Assembly (NCBI GenBank): GCA_903837605.1
Contig: CAILVF010000075.1
Span: 153 to 64,152, forward strand
Source of the DNA: an uncultured Bacteroidales bacterium
GTDB lineage: Bacteria; Bacteroidota; Bacteroidia; Bacteroidales; FEN-979
DNA: 64,000 nt
Direction of reading: 5' to 3'
Shown here: one piece after another, positions 26,624 through 36,402 of the stretch
Position numbering within the stretch: the stretch's first letter is position 1
Layout: every line of letters begins with the position of its first letter
Made by a program: the position numbers and the translations under genes
Notes under the pieces: model-generated
What the model was told of the DNA's origin: nothing
Database searches by the model: none
Seen by the model: only the letters and a program-made list of their open reading frames with translations

Positions 26624-29600
26624 CTATTGCCTGATCATTTCTTCGATCAGGCTCAGGAGCACTTCTTTCGTCACAGGTTTGGGCAGATATCCTGAAAATC
26701 CCAATGAGATTAGCCTGTCCCGGTCACCAATCGAGGCATACCCTGTGAGTGCCACTATAGGAACATTCTTATACTCGGGATGCTTCCTTATTTCAAGCAT
26801 TGTCTGAATCCCATCAAGGCCGGGGCCCAGATTGATATCCATCAGTATGAGGTCGAAATGTTTCTGACGGGCACTATCGATCGCAGCTTTACCATCCAGT
26901 GCCGAATAGGCTTGACAGGTATCCTGGATATAAAGGGTCAGAAGCTGAAGATTGACCAGGTTATCTTCAACAACCAGCACTGATATATTGTTCTTTGCAT
27001 TTAAAGATGATGGATAGGGCCTGGCCTCTTTCCCTTCAGCTTTTGCAATCGGCTGCTCAAAATAAGGTTCGGCTGAAGGAAGGATTACAATAAATTCTGA
27101 CCCTTCCCCTACCTTGCTTTTAAGTCTTATTTCACCATTCAGCAATGCGGCTATTTTTTTACTGATGCTGAGTCCAAGACCGGAACCCTCAAATTTCCTT
27201 CCATATCCCTCACTTACCTGCCTGAACGTTTCAAAGATCAGATCGAAATTTTCCTCGGCGATACCAATGCCGGTATCTTTAACAGAAATCGCGATACCTG
27301 GTGTCGGGCTTTCGTTGAGTTCGCTTGCCTCTATCGTGATACTGCCTTCTTCGGTATATTTAATAGCATTATCAATCAGGCATCTCAGCAAATGCTGCAA
27401 GAGATAATCATCTCCGAGAATCTGCATATATGCAGGGACGTTCAGGTTTAAACTTAAGTTTTTTCTCTTGATGAGGGGTTCGTAATTGGACAGAATTTTC
27501 AGGATGCTTTTTTTAATGCTAAGCGGAACAAACTTCCTGTTTACTTTATCTGACTCTAAATGCGAAAGGTCCATGATGGCATCCAGTGTATCCATCAGCC
27601 TGCGTCCGGAAATAAGTATATTCTCAGCCTTTGCCCTGGTATCAGGGTCAAGCAGGTCGTTGGTCAGAATCTCAGCAAAACCAAGTATTCCGTTCATAGG
27701 AGTACGCAGTTCATGATTCATATTCGCAAGCAGGGAGGAAGTAAGTTTGGAGGAAACTTCGGCTTTCTGTTTTTGAACAACCAGTTCCTGCTGCATTTTC
27801 ATGCGTTGAATTGACAAAGCGATTTGTTCCGATACAAAAATCAGCACATCCACTTCATGTTCACCATAACGTATCTTTGGATTATAGCTTTGCACCGCCA
27901 TTACTCCGATAACCTCTTTGTCAATTTTCAGGGGAACGCCCAGCCAGTCGATCGCTAAAGTGCCTTTCGTCTCAATAATACCACGGTCGATGAAATACTG
28001 TATGTCTTCAGGTTTTGCAAGCAAGTGTTTACCGGTTCTGAGTACAATGTCGGTTAAGGTATTGCCTCTTTTCCTCGGTGCGGGAGGGGGATCCTTTTCA
28101 TCAATAAAATAAGGGAAGCTGATCGTTTCACCATCAGGTTCCATGAGTGCAATGAACAGGTTGTTTGCATCCATGAGGTCCCCTATCACTATATGAATAT
28201 TGGCAAACAAGTCGTTCAGGCCTTTAACAGAATGGGCCAGTTCAGAGATCCTGTATACTGCTCCTTTTATTTTTCCGGATTGTATTACATCCGATATATC
28301 CTTGTTGATTGTAATAATACCTAATACATCCCCTTTATCATCCTTTAACTGGGATGTTGATGAAAGTATGTAGGCAGTACTGCCATCCTTACGTTTATGC
28401 ACCAGTTCACCTTTCCAGGTCCCTTTCTGGGCAAGTTCCTCGAAAATACCGGCCCTTCCTGCGCCCGGAAAATCAACTCGCAGGGAGCCTCCCGCGAATT
28501 TACCAACGACCTCCTCGGCTTTCCATCCATAAATCCTCTCAGCTCCTTTATTCCAGCTTTGAATAATCATATCCCTGTCAAAAGTGATGATGGCATCATT
28601 AATCTCCTGGAGCAAGGCATTCATATACCTTATCTGTTCCTCATCCATATGCGATTTCTGCTGGAATGTGAAACGTGACCTGTAATGCTCAAGCTGCTGG
28701 CTTTTCCAGATCAATGCGGCAGATATTGTAATTACAAGGACAAAGATGGAAATATATAAAATGAGGGTTACAGCGCTTTTCTGCAAGGGAGCCGTAAGTT
28801 CACTTTTATCTATTTTGCAGATAAGCCACCAGTTGGTGCCTTCAATATGACGAAGTTCGGCAAGCACCGGAACCCCGCGGTAATCTTTGGAATCAGGCAA
28901 TAACAGGGACCCTTTTAAAGGCACTGTCCGGCAGATTTCATCAGCCATTGATGGTGTAGTGAATGCAATTATCGTATCAGGGGCTATCCTGCTTCCCGAT
29001 AAGTAAAACGTGGATTTTATGTCGTGGTGTATAAGGATGTTTTCGGCTGTAATCCGTTTCACAGGCCAGGCAGCGAGAGCCGGGAACAGGTTCCTTGAAG
29101 GATCAATAAAAAAGACGGCATAGCCGAGAATTTCCTTTTTCGATGACATTGCCACAGAACTGGTAAGGTAAGGCGTCCCATTTTTGTCCTTTTTGATCTC
29201 CGACAGCAATACCTGCCCCATTATCAGATGATCCATATCGGATACGGTTAACCCTTCGGCCCAGGGTCCTGAATTACTTTCAACCAGGCTGAAAACCTGC
29301 CTGCCGCGGGAATCGAACAATACAATATTGCTGTAATCGTGATTACGCCTGATAGGATTCAGCCATTCACGAATGGACTGTTGATTGTCAGTATTGCCAG
29401 GTTGTTCGAGAAGTTTAGAGAAATGCAAAACGAATTCCCTGCTTGCTGCAATGAATTTACCTTCAGCTTTTCTTTCTTCAATCCAGTTGTTAATCTCATG
29501 GACTTTAAAACCGCAAACGGCCGAGAGAAATTCCTTGTTGATCGCGAGGATGTCATCCCTTTGCTGATTATAATAAAAATGCCCTCCGGTGAACAATCCG

Positions 29601-29677
29601 ACAATTAGTAAAAAGAGAAAAACAAACTGTTTCCAGTTCAGCCTGAACTTATTTTTCGGAGATTCCGTCTGTGGCAT
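26624..29677 (-). CDS. hybrid sensor histidine kinase / response regulator (periplasmic sensor, PAS, GAF, HisKA, HATPase_c, REC)
   Basis: Two TM segments flank a sensor domain of about 260 aa. The H-box is NMNHELRTPMNGILGF and the G-box is GSGLGLSISKK. The C-terminal receiver has VLVVEDN ... LILMDINLGPGLDG ... PIVALTGYA. No DNA-binding output domain is present. Confidence 0.85.
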   Translation of the reverse strand: MPQTESPKNKFRLNWKQFVFLFLLIVGLFTGGHFYYNQQRDDILAINKEFLSAVCGFKVHEINNWIEERKAEGKFIAASREFVLHFSKLLEQPGNTDNQQSIREWLNPIRRNHDYSNIVLFDSRGRQVFSLVESNSGPWAEGLTVSDMDHLIMGQVLLSEIKKDKNGTPYLTSSVAMSSKKEILGYAVFFIDPSRNLFPALAAWPVKRITAENILIHHDIKSTFYLSGSRIAPDTIIAFTTPSMADEICRTVPLKGSLLLPDSKDYRGVPVLAELRHIEGTNWWLICKIDKSELTAPLQKSAVTLILYISIFVLVITISAALIWKSQQLEHYRSRFTFQQKSHMDEEQIRYMNALLQEINDAIITFDRDMIIQSWNKGAERIYGWKAEEVVGKFAGGSLRVDFPGAGRAGIFEELAQKGTWKGELVHKRKDGSTAYILSSTSQLKDDKGDVLGIITINKDISDVIQSGKIKGAVYRISELAHSVKGLNDLFANIHIVIGDLMDANNLFIALMEPDGETISFPYFIDEKDPPPAPRKRGNTLTDIVLRTGKHLLAKPEDIQYFIDRGIIETKGTLAIDWLGVPLKIDKEVIGVMAVQSYNPKIRYGEHEVDVLIFVSEQIALSIQRMKMQQELVVQKQKAEVSSKLTSSLLANMNHELRTPMNGILGFAEILTNDLLDPDTRAKAENILISGRRLMDTLDAIMDLSHLESDKVNRKFVPLSIKKSILKILSNYEPLIKRKNLSLNLNVPAYMQILGDDYLLQHLLRCLIDNAIKYTEEGSITIEASELNESPTPGIAISVKDTGIGIAEENFDLIFETFRQVSEGYGRKFEGSGLGLSISKKIAALLNGEIRLKSKVGEGSEFIVILPSAEPYFEQPIAKAEGKEARPYPSSLNAKNNISVLVVEDNLVNLQLLTLYIQDTCQAYSALDGKAAIDSARQKHFDLILMDINLGPGLDGIQTMLEIRKHPEYKNVPIVALTGYASIGDRDRLISLGFSGYLPKPVTKEVLLSLIEEMIRQ

Positions 29678-29697
29678 TACATGGAGCTAATAACAAT

Positions 29698-29705
29698 CAA
29701 AGATA
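29698..29705 (-). promoter_or_regulatory. -7 box (TATCTTTG) for the hybrid kinase gene
   Basis: caaagata on the plus strand, 21 nt upstream of the start at 29677. Confidence 0.45.
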
Positions 29706-29751
29706 GAAATTTTATTCTTGTACTTGATTCTGTTACTTTCATCTTTTTATG

Positions 29752-29759
29752 TATGTTTG
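29752..29759 (+). promoter_or_regulatory. candidate -7 box (TATGTTTG) for the alpha-glucan operon
   Basis: TAnnTTTG match. It is only 7 nt before the ATG at 29766 but 31 nt before the ATG at 29790. This makes 29790 (METGKPQKM...) a credible true start for glgB. Confidence 0.3.
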
Positions 29760-29765
29760 TATACC

Positions 29766-31835
29766 ATGAACACAAAAACACAAAGACCCATGGAAACCGG
29801 CAAACCTCAGAAAATGAAACTTGTCAGGAATGACCCCTGGCTTGAACCTGTATCAAAGGAGGTTTATGAACGGTTTGAGCGCTACCAGAGCGTGCTTACC
29901 GGGATAAAGGCCGGATGGAAGTCCTTATCAAAGTTTGCCGATGCATATTTATGGTATGGCATTCATCATGACCGCAAGCAAAAAGGCTGGATTTACCGGG
30001 AATGGGCTCCCCATGCCCAGGATGTTTATCTTTTCGGGGATTTCAATAACTGGCAACGATATGCGCACAGGCTGAACCGCGACAAATTCGGGAATTGGGA
30101 GATTTTCCTTCCCGACAATATTTATGGTGAACGATTCATCCACCAGGGGAAGATAAAAGTCATGGTACATTCCGAGCTGGGATGGAATGAAAGGCTGCCT
30201 GCTTATATTAACAGGGTGATCCAGGATCCGGAAACAAAAGATTTCGCCGGGCAGATCTGGGAGCCACCTGTTTCTTTCGATTGGGAGGACGACAATTTCG
30301 GGTTAAGCAACCTTAACGAACTGTTCATTTATGAATGTCATCCCGGCATGGCACAGGAACGCGAGGGGATAGGAACATTCTGTGAGTTTGCCGATGACCT
30401 TATCCCGTATATTAAAAATGCAGGGTATAATGTAATTCAGCTGATGGCAATTGCCGAACACCCTTATTACGGTTCCTTCGGATATCATGTCACCAATTAT
30501 TTTGCCGTTTCCAGCCGCTTCGGCACTCCAGAAGAGCTGAAATATCTTATTAAAAAAGCACACGAACAGGGTATAGCCGTCATCATGGACCTGGTACACT
30601 CCCACGCGGCAAAAAACACCAATGAGGGGCTGAATATGCTTGACGGTTCCGATCACCAGTATTTTCATGCAGGCCCAAGGGGGAACCATCCGCACTGGGA
30701 TTCCAAATGTTTTGACTATGGCAAACAGGAAGTCCAGCGGTTCCTGCTTTCCAATGTCAAATACTGGTTGAAAGAATTCCATTTCGACGGATTCCGGTTC
30801 GACGGCGTTACTTCCATGATGTATTTTGATCACGGCTACCGCGAGATATGGGATCGTGACGGCTATTTCAAAGAAGGGGTTGAATGGGATGCAATCACTT
30901 ACCTCCAGCTTGCGAATACCCTGGCTCACCAGGTCAAATCATCATCCGTGACAATTGCCGAAGATGTCACAGGCATGCCCGGGCTTTGCAGGCCTGTAAA
31001 AGAAGGCGGCATAGGGTTCGATTTCAGGCTCGGGATGGCACTTCCCGACTACTGGATCAAGATCCTCAAGGAACGCAAGGACGAAGAATGGGACATTCAT
31101 GAGATGTGGACGGTGATGAATGATCGTCTGCCCGATGTGAAGACGGTAGCATACTGCGAGTCTCATGACCAGGCCCTTGTCGGCGACCAGACTATTGCAT
31201 TCCGGTTGATGCAAAGCGAAATTTACTTTAAAATGAGCCGTGAGGAAGAGAGCCATATCATCGACCGGGGAATTGCCCTTCACAAGATGATCCGTCTCTT
31301 CACACTTTCCCTCGGGGGACAGGCCTACCTGAATTTTATGGGGAATGAATTCGGGCACCCCGACTGGATCGATTTTCCGCGTGAAGGAAACAACTGGAGC
31401 CATCAGTATGCCAGGAGACAGTGGTCCCTGGTCCTGAATCCGAACCTGAAGTACCGTTTTCTGGGGGATTTTGACAAATACATGCTGAAACTGGCAAAAT
31501 CGTATGGACTGCTTGAAGCGAATTTTGCCCGGCAGATATGGATGGACCACCAGAATAAAACTGTTATTTTTGAGAAAGCAGGCTTGCTTTTCGTCTTCAA
31601 CTTCCATACAGTCAATTCCATTGCCGATTATACTTTCGTAGTCCCCGAGCCTGGCGATTACAGGTTAGTATTGAATTCCGATTCATATGCTTTCGGGGGC
31701 TTCGGCAGAATTGATGAGGGCAATGTCCATACCAGCATTTTTAATCCGGGCGACAGCACCCATGCCCTTAAAATTTATAACACAAACCGGACGGTTCAGG
31801 TATTCGAGCGAATCGTGCCAGAAGGTAAAATATAA
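29766..31835 (+). CDS. glgB: 1,4-alpha-glucan branching enzyme, GH13 (eukaryote-like GH13_8 type)
   Basis: GH13 regions are VIMDLVHSHAAKN, HFDGFRFDGVTSM, VTIAEDVTG and YCESHDQALVG. There is no signal peptide. The alternative start is 29790; the TTG at 29718 in the ORF track is unlikely. Confidence 0.85.
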   Translation: MNTKTQRPMETGKPQKMKLVRNDPWLEPVSKEVYERFERYQSVLTGIKAGWKSLSKFADAYLWYGIHHDRKQKGWIYREWAPHAQDVYLFGDFNNWQRYAHRLNRDKFGNWEIFLPDNIYGERFIHQGKIKVMVHSELGWNERLPAYINRVIQDPETKDFAGQIWEPPVSFDWEDDNFGLSNLNELFIYECHPGMAQEREGIGTFCEFADDLIPYIKNAGYNVIQLMAIAEHPYYGSFGYHVTNYFAVSSRFGTPEELKYLIKKAHEQGIAVIMDLVHSHAAKNTNEGLNMLDGSDHQYFHAGPRGNHPHWDSKCFDYGKQEVQRFLLSNVKYWLKEFHFDGFRFDGVTSMMYFDHGYREIWDRDGYFKEGVEWDAITYLQLANTLAHQVKSSSVTIAEDVTGMPGLCRPVKEGGIGFDFRLGMALPDYWIKILKERKDEEWDIHEMWTVMNDRLPDVKTVAYCESHDQALVGDQTIAFRLMQSEIYFKMSREEESHIIDRGIALHKMIRLFTLSLGGQAYLNFMGNEFGHPDWIDFPREGNNWSHQYARRQWSLVLNPNLKYRFLGDFDKYMLKLAKSYGLLEANFARQIWMDHQNKTVIFEKAGLLFVFNFHTVNSIADYTFVVPEPGDYRLVLNSDSYAFGGFGRIDEGNVHTSIFNPGDSTHALKIYNTNRTVQVFERIVPEGKI

Positions 31836-31848
31836 AAAACGTCTACCA

Positions 31849-33192
31849 ATGCATAACAAACCTAACCTGCGTTTCTGGCAGATATGGAACATGAGCTTCG
31901 GCTTCCTGGGCATTCAGTTTGGCTGGGGCCTGCAGATGGCCAATATGAGTGCTATTTATTCCTACCTTGGTGCAAGACCCAGCCAGATTGCCTTGCTCTG
32001 GCTTGCTGCACCGGTTACAGGTGTAATAATCCAGCCATTGATCGGACAGGCAAGTGATCGAACCTGGACGAGGCTGGGCCGCCGCAGACCATATATTCTG
32101 GTGGGCGCCATCCTGGCTTCCCTGGCCCTTGTCTTTATGCCTAATTCGCCCACCTTCTGGGTTGCCGCAGGCCTTCTCTGGGTACTCGACGGGACCATCA
32201 ATGCCAGTATGCAACCATTCAGGGCCATGGTGGCCGACAACCTGCCTGAAGAGCAAAGTTCCCAGGGGTTTGCTATCCAGTCTCTCTTTATTGGTCTCGG
32301 GGGCACCATCGCTTCCGCCCTTCCCTGGATGATGACAAACTGGTTCGGGATCGCACAGGACAAAGCAGGTCAGGGGCATATTCCCGCTTCAGTCACCTTG
32401 TCTTTTTATATTGGCGCTGTTGCTTTTATCGGGGCTGTTCTGTGGACTGTCTTTTCAACAAAAGAGATACCCCCTGATGAGGCTGAACTGGCCTCTATCA
32501 GGTCACAGAAGTTTGACTGGACACTGGGGCTGGGAGAGATTGTAAGGCTGATATCACACTTGCCCCGAAGGATGTGGGAACTGGGCCTGGTCCAGTTCTT
32601 CACCTGGATAGGCATGTTCTGTTTATGGGTGTATTTTTCCCCTGCAATTGCAGGCAATGTGTTTCATGCCAGGGCGGGAACAGTGGAAATGGAGACCTCC
32701 GGCTCCTGGGCGGGATTCTGTTTCGCAATGTATAATGCGGTTTGTTTTTTATTCTCATTTGTCCTTATACGGATCACAAAACATGTCGGACCGAAACTGA
32801 TTCATACGCTCTGCCTCGCAATTGGAGCCATAGGACTGTTAAGCATAACGCTTATGAGCGGGAAATACGAACTGCTTCTCTCCATGACCTGCATCGGGAT
32901 TGCGTGGTCAAGTATTCTGTCAATGCCGTATGCCATGCTCACACCGGCCTTGCCCCCTGATAAGTTCGGTGTTATGATGGGAATCTTTAACCTGTTTATT
33001 GTCGTTCCCCAGGTTATTGCATCAAGCATGCTTGGGTATGTGATCGCACTTTTCTTTGGAGGGAAACCCATGAACGCCATGATCATTGGCGGGGTTTGCT
33101 TTGCCATCGCTTCAGTAGCGACACTTTTCGTTGTGACATACAGAAAACATGGTAATGCTGACAATCTGAACAGGGTTGCACCCGGGCATTAA
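31849..33192 (+). CDS. MFS permease, GPH/SLC45 (sucrose/maltose:H+ symporter-like)
   Basis: I use the ATG at 31849 (MHNKPNLRFWQIW...). The motif is QPLIGQASDRTWTRLGRRRPYIL and the protein has 12-TM character. The ORF-track start at 31687 overlaps glgB and is rejected. Confidence 0.8.
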   Translation: MHNKPNLRFWQIWNMSFGFLGIQFGWGLQMANMSAIYSYLGARPSQIALLWLAAPVTGVIIQPLIGQASDRTWTRLGRRRPYILVGAILASLALVFMPNSPTFWVAAGLLWVLDGTINASMQPFRAMVADNLPEEQSSQGFAIQSLFIGLGGTIASALPWMMTNWFGIAQDKAGQGHIPASVTLSFYIGAVAFIGAVLWTVFSTKEIPPDEAELASIRSQKFDWTLGLGEIVRLISHLPRRMWELGLVQFFTWIGMFCLWVYFSPAIAGNVFHARAGTVEMETSGSWAGFCFAMYNAVCFLFSFVLIRITKHVGPKLIHTLCLAIGAIGLLSITLMSGKYELLLSMTCIGIAWSSILSMPYAMLTPALPPDKFGVMMGIFNLFIVVPQVIASSMLGYVIALFFGGKPMNAMIIGGVCFAIASVATLFVVTYRKHGNADNLNRVAPGH

Positions 33193-33262
33193 CCAGATTC
33201 TGAATAAGTATAGAGACCAAAATGGCTATGTTATCAAGTAAGCTCTCCCAAATCAGGCAGCA

Positions 33263-34861
33263 ATGAGAAATTACCCTCTTTTTCCATTAGCTTTCATTTG
33301 CCTGGTGCTTATAACGGCATCATGCAAAATGAAACCCAATCCTCCCGAAGCAATGAAGCTTCCCGGAAACGGGAACTCTGTTAAGGCTTATGTAAAAGCT
33401 GAAAATGATTATACTGAAAAATGGTTTGATCGTTACAGTGTTCTCAAGAATACTGTCTCGTCAGAGCTGGCAGGCCGCCGTTACTCCGCGGAGGCATCAC
33501 AATCCCAACTGAATGACAGTATCTTTGAATCGCCCGATTGGAAGATAATTGTCATGAACAGGAATGAGGTTCGTTTGCAGCCAACAGGAAAGAACAAGCA
33601 GGCAGGCCGTGTGTTATATACTGAACCTGACCCCGCGTTCAGGGTCAGTATCCGTACCTCTTCTTCCGGAAACTTTATATTTATGGAAAGCATCTCGGGG
33701 TTTTCTTCCGAGGTACGTTTGATACCTGCATCTTTAAAATCACTTAAACCTCTGCTTCTACAGGAACGCAAAAAAGGCGTATTCTACCGGGCTGATCATT
33801 TCGGCGGTAACAATATATGGATACTGTCAAATGAAAATGCACCAATGCGCTGCCTGATCATCGCCCCGGTTTCAAGTCCGGGCTCCGAAAGATGGAAAGC
33901 CGCCGTGAAGGAAAACGACAGCGTTTTTATTGATTCCTATGAGGTCATCGACGAGAAATACCTGGCCATTGTCCAGAGAAAACATCTTGGCACTTCGATT
34001 GAAATAACAAGTCTATACCAGGAAGTCAAAGGACCCGGTATTGAGAACAAGATCAATTTCCCGGAACCGGAAGGGCAGATATCCGACCTCTCATACAGCG
34101 GGAAAGATGACAAACTGGTATTCACCTACTCGAGTATCATTACGCCTCCTACATGCTATACCTATGGCATCCATTCGATGCATATGGGCATACGCTGGAA
34201 GAAGCAGATAAAGCTCTATGAGCAGGATAATTATAAAGCCAGTGTCATTACCGCCGTTGGGAACAAAGGAGAAAGGATCCCAATATCGCTGATCAGTAAA
34301 AGAGATGAAGAATCCCTTTCCAGGCCTAAACCTCTGCTTTTACTGATCATGCCGGGTGAGCCCTGGGAGTACGGCAAGGGCTTTAGTCCTTACCTTATCA
34401 GCCTGATTGACAGGGGTTTTGCCCTTGCATGTGTACATGTTCCTTTGAACAATACATCAGGGGATATGGGATCACAAATAATAAATGCTGCTGCCGCGGC
34501 CCTTATAGGCAAACAAATAACTTCGGCAGGTCTCATCACCCTGGTCGCCCGGGACCCTGCCTCTGTGCCGGCTGTCAAATCGGCCTGTGACCACCCGGAA
34601 TGGTTCAGGGCATTGACACTTGAATCTCCTCAGGCAGCAAATATATCATGCCTCAGCGATATCCCCTTTGTTTGTATTTATACAGACCAAAATCAACTGA
34701 CAGGGAAGGAAGGGCAACCCGCCATGGTTTCGGAAATACGGAAACTGACCAAAGAGGGAAATACCCTGCTCCTGATATCCGGCGACCGCCGTGTTAAGGA
34801 AGAGAATATGATGGCCGGGCTTCTCACATTTATCCTGGCTGCTAATGGAATTAATAAATAA
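33263..34861 (+). CDS. oligopeptidase B / prolyl oligopeptidase (S9A) homologue, lipoprotein, apparently lacking the catalytic serine motif
   Basis: The lipobox is LITASC. The N-terminal block AYVKAENDYTEKWF matches the S9A propeller start. The C-terminal alpha/beta region is short, and GGSAGG is replaced by LVARDPAS. I could not find a G-x-S-x-G motif. Confidence 0.6.
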   Translation: MRNYPLFPLAFICLVLITASCKMKPNPPEAMKLPGNGNSVKAYVKAENDYTEKWFDRYSVLKNTVSSELAGRRYSAEASQSQLNDSIFESPDWKIIVMNRNEVRLQPTGKNKQAGRVLYTEPDPAFRVSIRTSSSGNFIFMESISGFSSEVRLIPASLKSLKPLLLQERKKGVFYRADHFGGNNIWILSNENAPMRCLIIAPVSSPGSERWKAAVKENDSVFIDSYEVIDEKYLAIVQRKHLGTSIEITSLYQEVKGPGIENKINFPEPEGQISDLSYSGKDDKLVFTYSSIITPPTCYTYGIHSMHMGIRWKKQIKLYEQDNYKASVITAVGNKGERIPISLISKRDEESLSRPKPLLLLIMPGEPWEYGKGFSPYLISLIDRGFALACVHVPLNNTSGDMGSQIINAAAAALIGKQITSAGLITLVARDPASVPAVKSACDHPEWFRALTLESPQAANISCLSDIPFVCIYTDQNQLTGKEGQPAMVSEIRKLTKEGNTLLLISGDRRVKEENMMAGLLTFILAANGINK

Positions 34862-34880
34862 TCTCAATAATTAAACAAAC

Positions 34881-36401
34881 ATGCAAATGATGAATGAACG
34901 TGCCTCCGGCATACTCTTGCACCCTACTTCACTGCCCGGGAAATACGGGATAGGAACCCTGGGCAAAGCTGCTTTCGATTTTATCGATTTTCTGACCAAG
35001 GCAAAACAACAATACTGGCAAATACTACCATTGGGCCCGACTGGTTTTGGCGATTCACCATACCAGTGCTATTCAGCCCATGCCGGCAATCCGGATCTTA
35101 TCGATCCCGACCTCCTTGTAAAATACGGATTGTTAACACAGGATGACCTGAAATCACAACCCCAGTCTGACGACGGTCAGGTCCTGTATGAAAAGGTACA
35201 GAAAGCCCGGCTTCCATTGCTTGAAAAAGCATATCATGCATTCACGGCAAATGCAGCGGATCTGGACAAACTGGCATACCGGAACTTTCTCAAGGGTCAC
35301 GCATCCTGGCTGAATGACTATGCCCTGTTCAGGTCGCTCAAGGAAGAATCAGGCAATTCACCATGGTATACATGGGAAGCTGATCTGAAATTCCGCAACC
35401 CCGAAACCCTCAAAGCCGCGGAGATCCGCCTGGCTGAAAAAACAGATTTTCATAAATTTCTCCAGTTCGTCTTTTTTAAACAATGGACCAGCGTTAAAGA
35501 TTATGCTAAGAAACACAAGATAAAGATCATTGGCGATATCCCCCTGTATATCTCACCGGACTGTGCTGATGCCTGGGCCAATCCTGGTGTTTTTGAATAT
35601 GACAAAGATCTCAACCCGATCAGGGTGGGCGGCGTTCCTCCGGACTACTTCAGTGAAACAGGCCAGCTGTGGGGAAACCCGCTTTTCAACTGGGAAGTCA
35701 TGAAAAATGATAATTACAAATGGTGGATAGAACGTATAAAGACCAACCTGAGCTTGTATGATGTGATAAGGATAGATCATTTCCGCGGCTTTGCAGCTTA
35801 CTGGGCAGTGCCATACGGCGAAGCAACCGCCATAAACGGGGCATGGATCCCGGGGCCGGGTAAGGACTTTTTCAAAGCACTTCTGAATGAAATGGGGAAA
35901 CTGCCGATTATTGCGGAAGACCTGGGAGTTATGACCCCTGAAGTTGAAGACCTGCGCGACAGTTTTGGGTTCCCCGGAATGAAAATCCTTGAATTTGCAT
36001 TCGATTCTTCCGAAGAAAATGATTACATCCCATACAGCTACACTAAAAACTGTATCGTCTATACCGGCACCCACGATAACGATACCGTGGTTGGCTGGTT
36101 TAACAAGGCAGCGGAAGCCGACAAACAGCAGGTTCTCGATTATATCAACTGCACTGAAAAAGGGATACACTGGTCATTTGTGCGGCTTGCATGGGCGTCA
36201 GTCGCCAATACAGCCATCGTTCCTATGCAGGACTTATTAGGGCTGGATTCAGGTTCAAGGATGAACCTTCCCGGCACGACCGGCGGTAACTGGAAATGGA
36301 GAACCAGGCAGGGTGATTTTTCGGATGAACTTGCCGAATCGCTGGCACATCTCACAAAACTATACGGAAGGATTAAAAAGTCAAAAAGCAAAACCAAATA
36401 A
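34881..36401 (+). CDS. malQ: 4-alpha-glucanotransferase (amylomaltase), GH77
   Basis: The N-terminus ASGILLHPTSLPGKYGIGTLG is the classic GH77 start. Also present are IIGDIPLYI and IRIDHFRGF blocks. No signal peptide. Confidence 0.9.
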   Translation: MQMMNERASGILLHPTSLPGKYGIGTLGKAAFDFIDFLTKAKQQYWQILPLGPTGFGDSPYQCYSAHAGNPDLIDPDLLVKYGLLTQDDLKSQPQSDDGQVLYEKVQKARLPLLEKAYHAFTANAADLDKLAYRNFLKGHASWLNDYALFRSLKEESGNSPWYTWEADLKFRNPETLKAAEIRLAEKTDFHKFLQFVFFKQWTSVKDYAKKHKIKIIGDIPLYISPDCADAWANPGVFEYDKDLNPIRVGGVPPDYFSETGQLWGNPLFNWEVMKNDNYKWWIERIKTNLSLYDVIRIDHFRGFAAYWAVPYGEATAINGAWIPGPGKDFFKALLNEMGKLPIIAEDLGVMTPEVEDLRDSFGFPGMKILEFAFDSSEENDYIPYSYTKNCIVYTGTHDNDTVVGWFNKAAEADKQQVLDYINCTEKGIHWSFVRLAWASVANTAIVPMQDLLGLDSGSRMNLPGTTGGNWKWRTRQGDFSDELAESLAHLTKLYGRIKKSKSKTK

Positions 36402-36402
36402 A

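Noticed and set aside
26616-26807. 63-aa plus-strand ORF overlapping the 3' end of the sensor kinase gene
   Set aside because: It lies inside the receiver domain coding region of the kinase on the opposite strand and has no promoter box or recognisable features.
30303-31607. Long antisense ORFs (208 and 221 aa) inside glgB, and similar ones at 17081-17581, 31843-32379, 35553-36170 and 38903-39445
   Set aside because: Each lies fully inside a sense ORF with unambiguous family motifs (GH13, TBDR, MFS, GH77). They have no motifs of their own. Such antisense open frames are a common by-product of codon bias.
31687-31848. N-terminal extensions given by the ORF track (31687, 36313, 29718, 16782, 14277, 3193)
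   Set aside because: The extensions overlap the preceding gene or a predicted -7 promoter box, begin with TTG or GTG, and precede an in-frame ATG followed by a clean signal peptide or conserved N-terminus. I used the downstream ATG starts instead.
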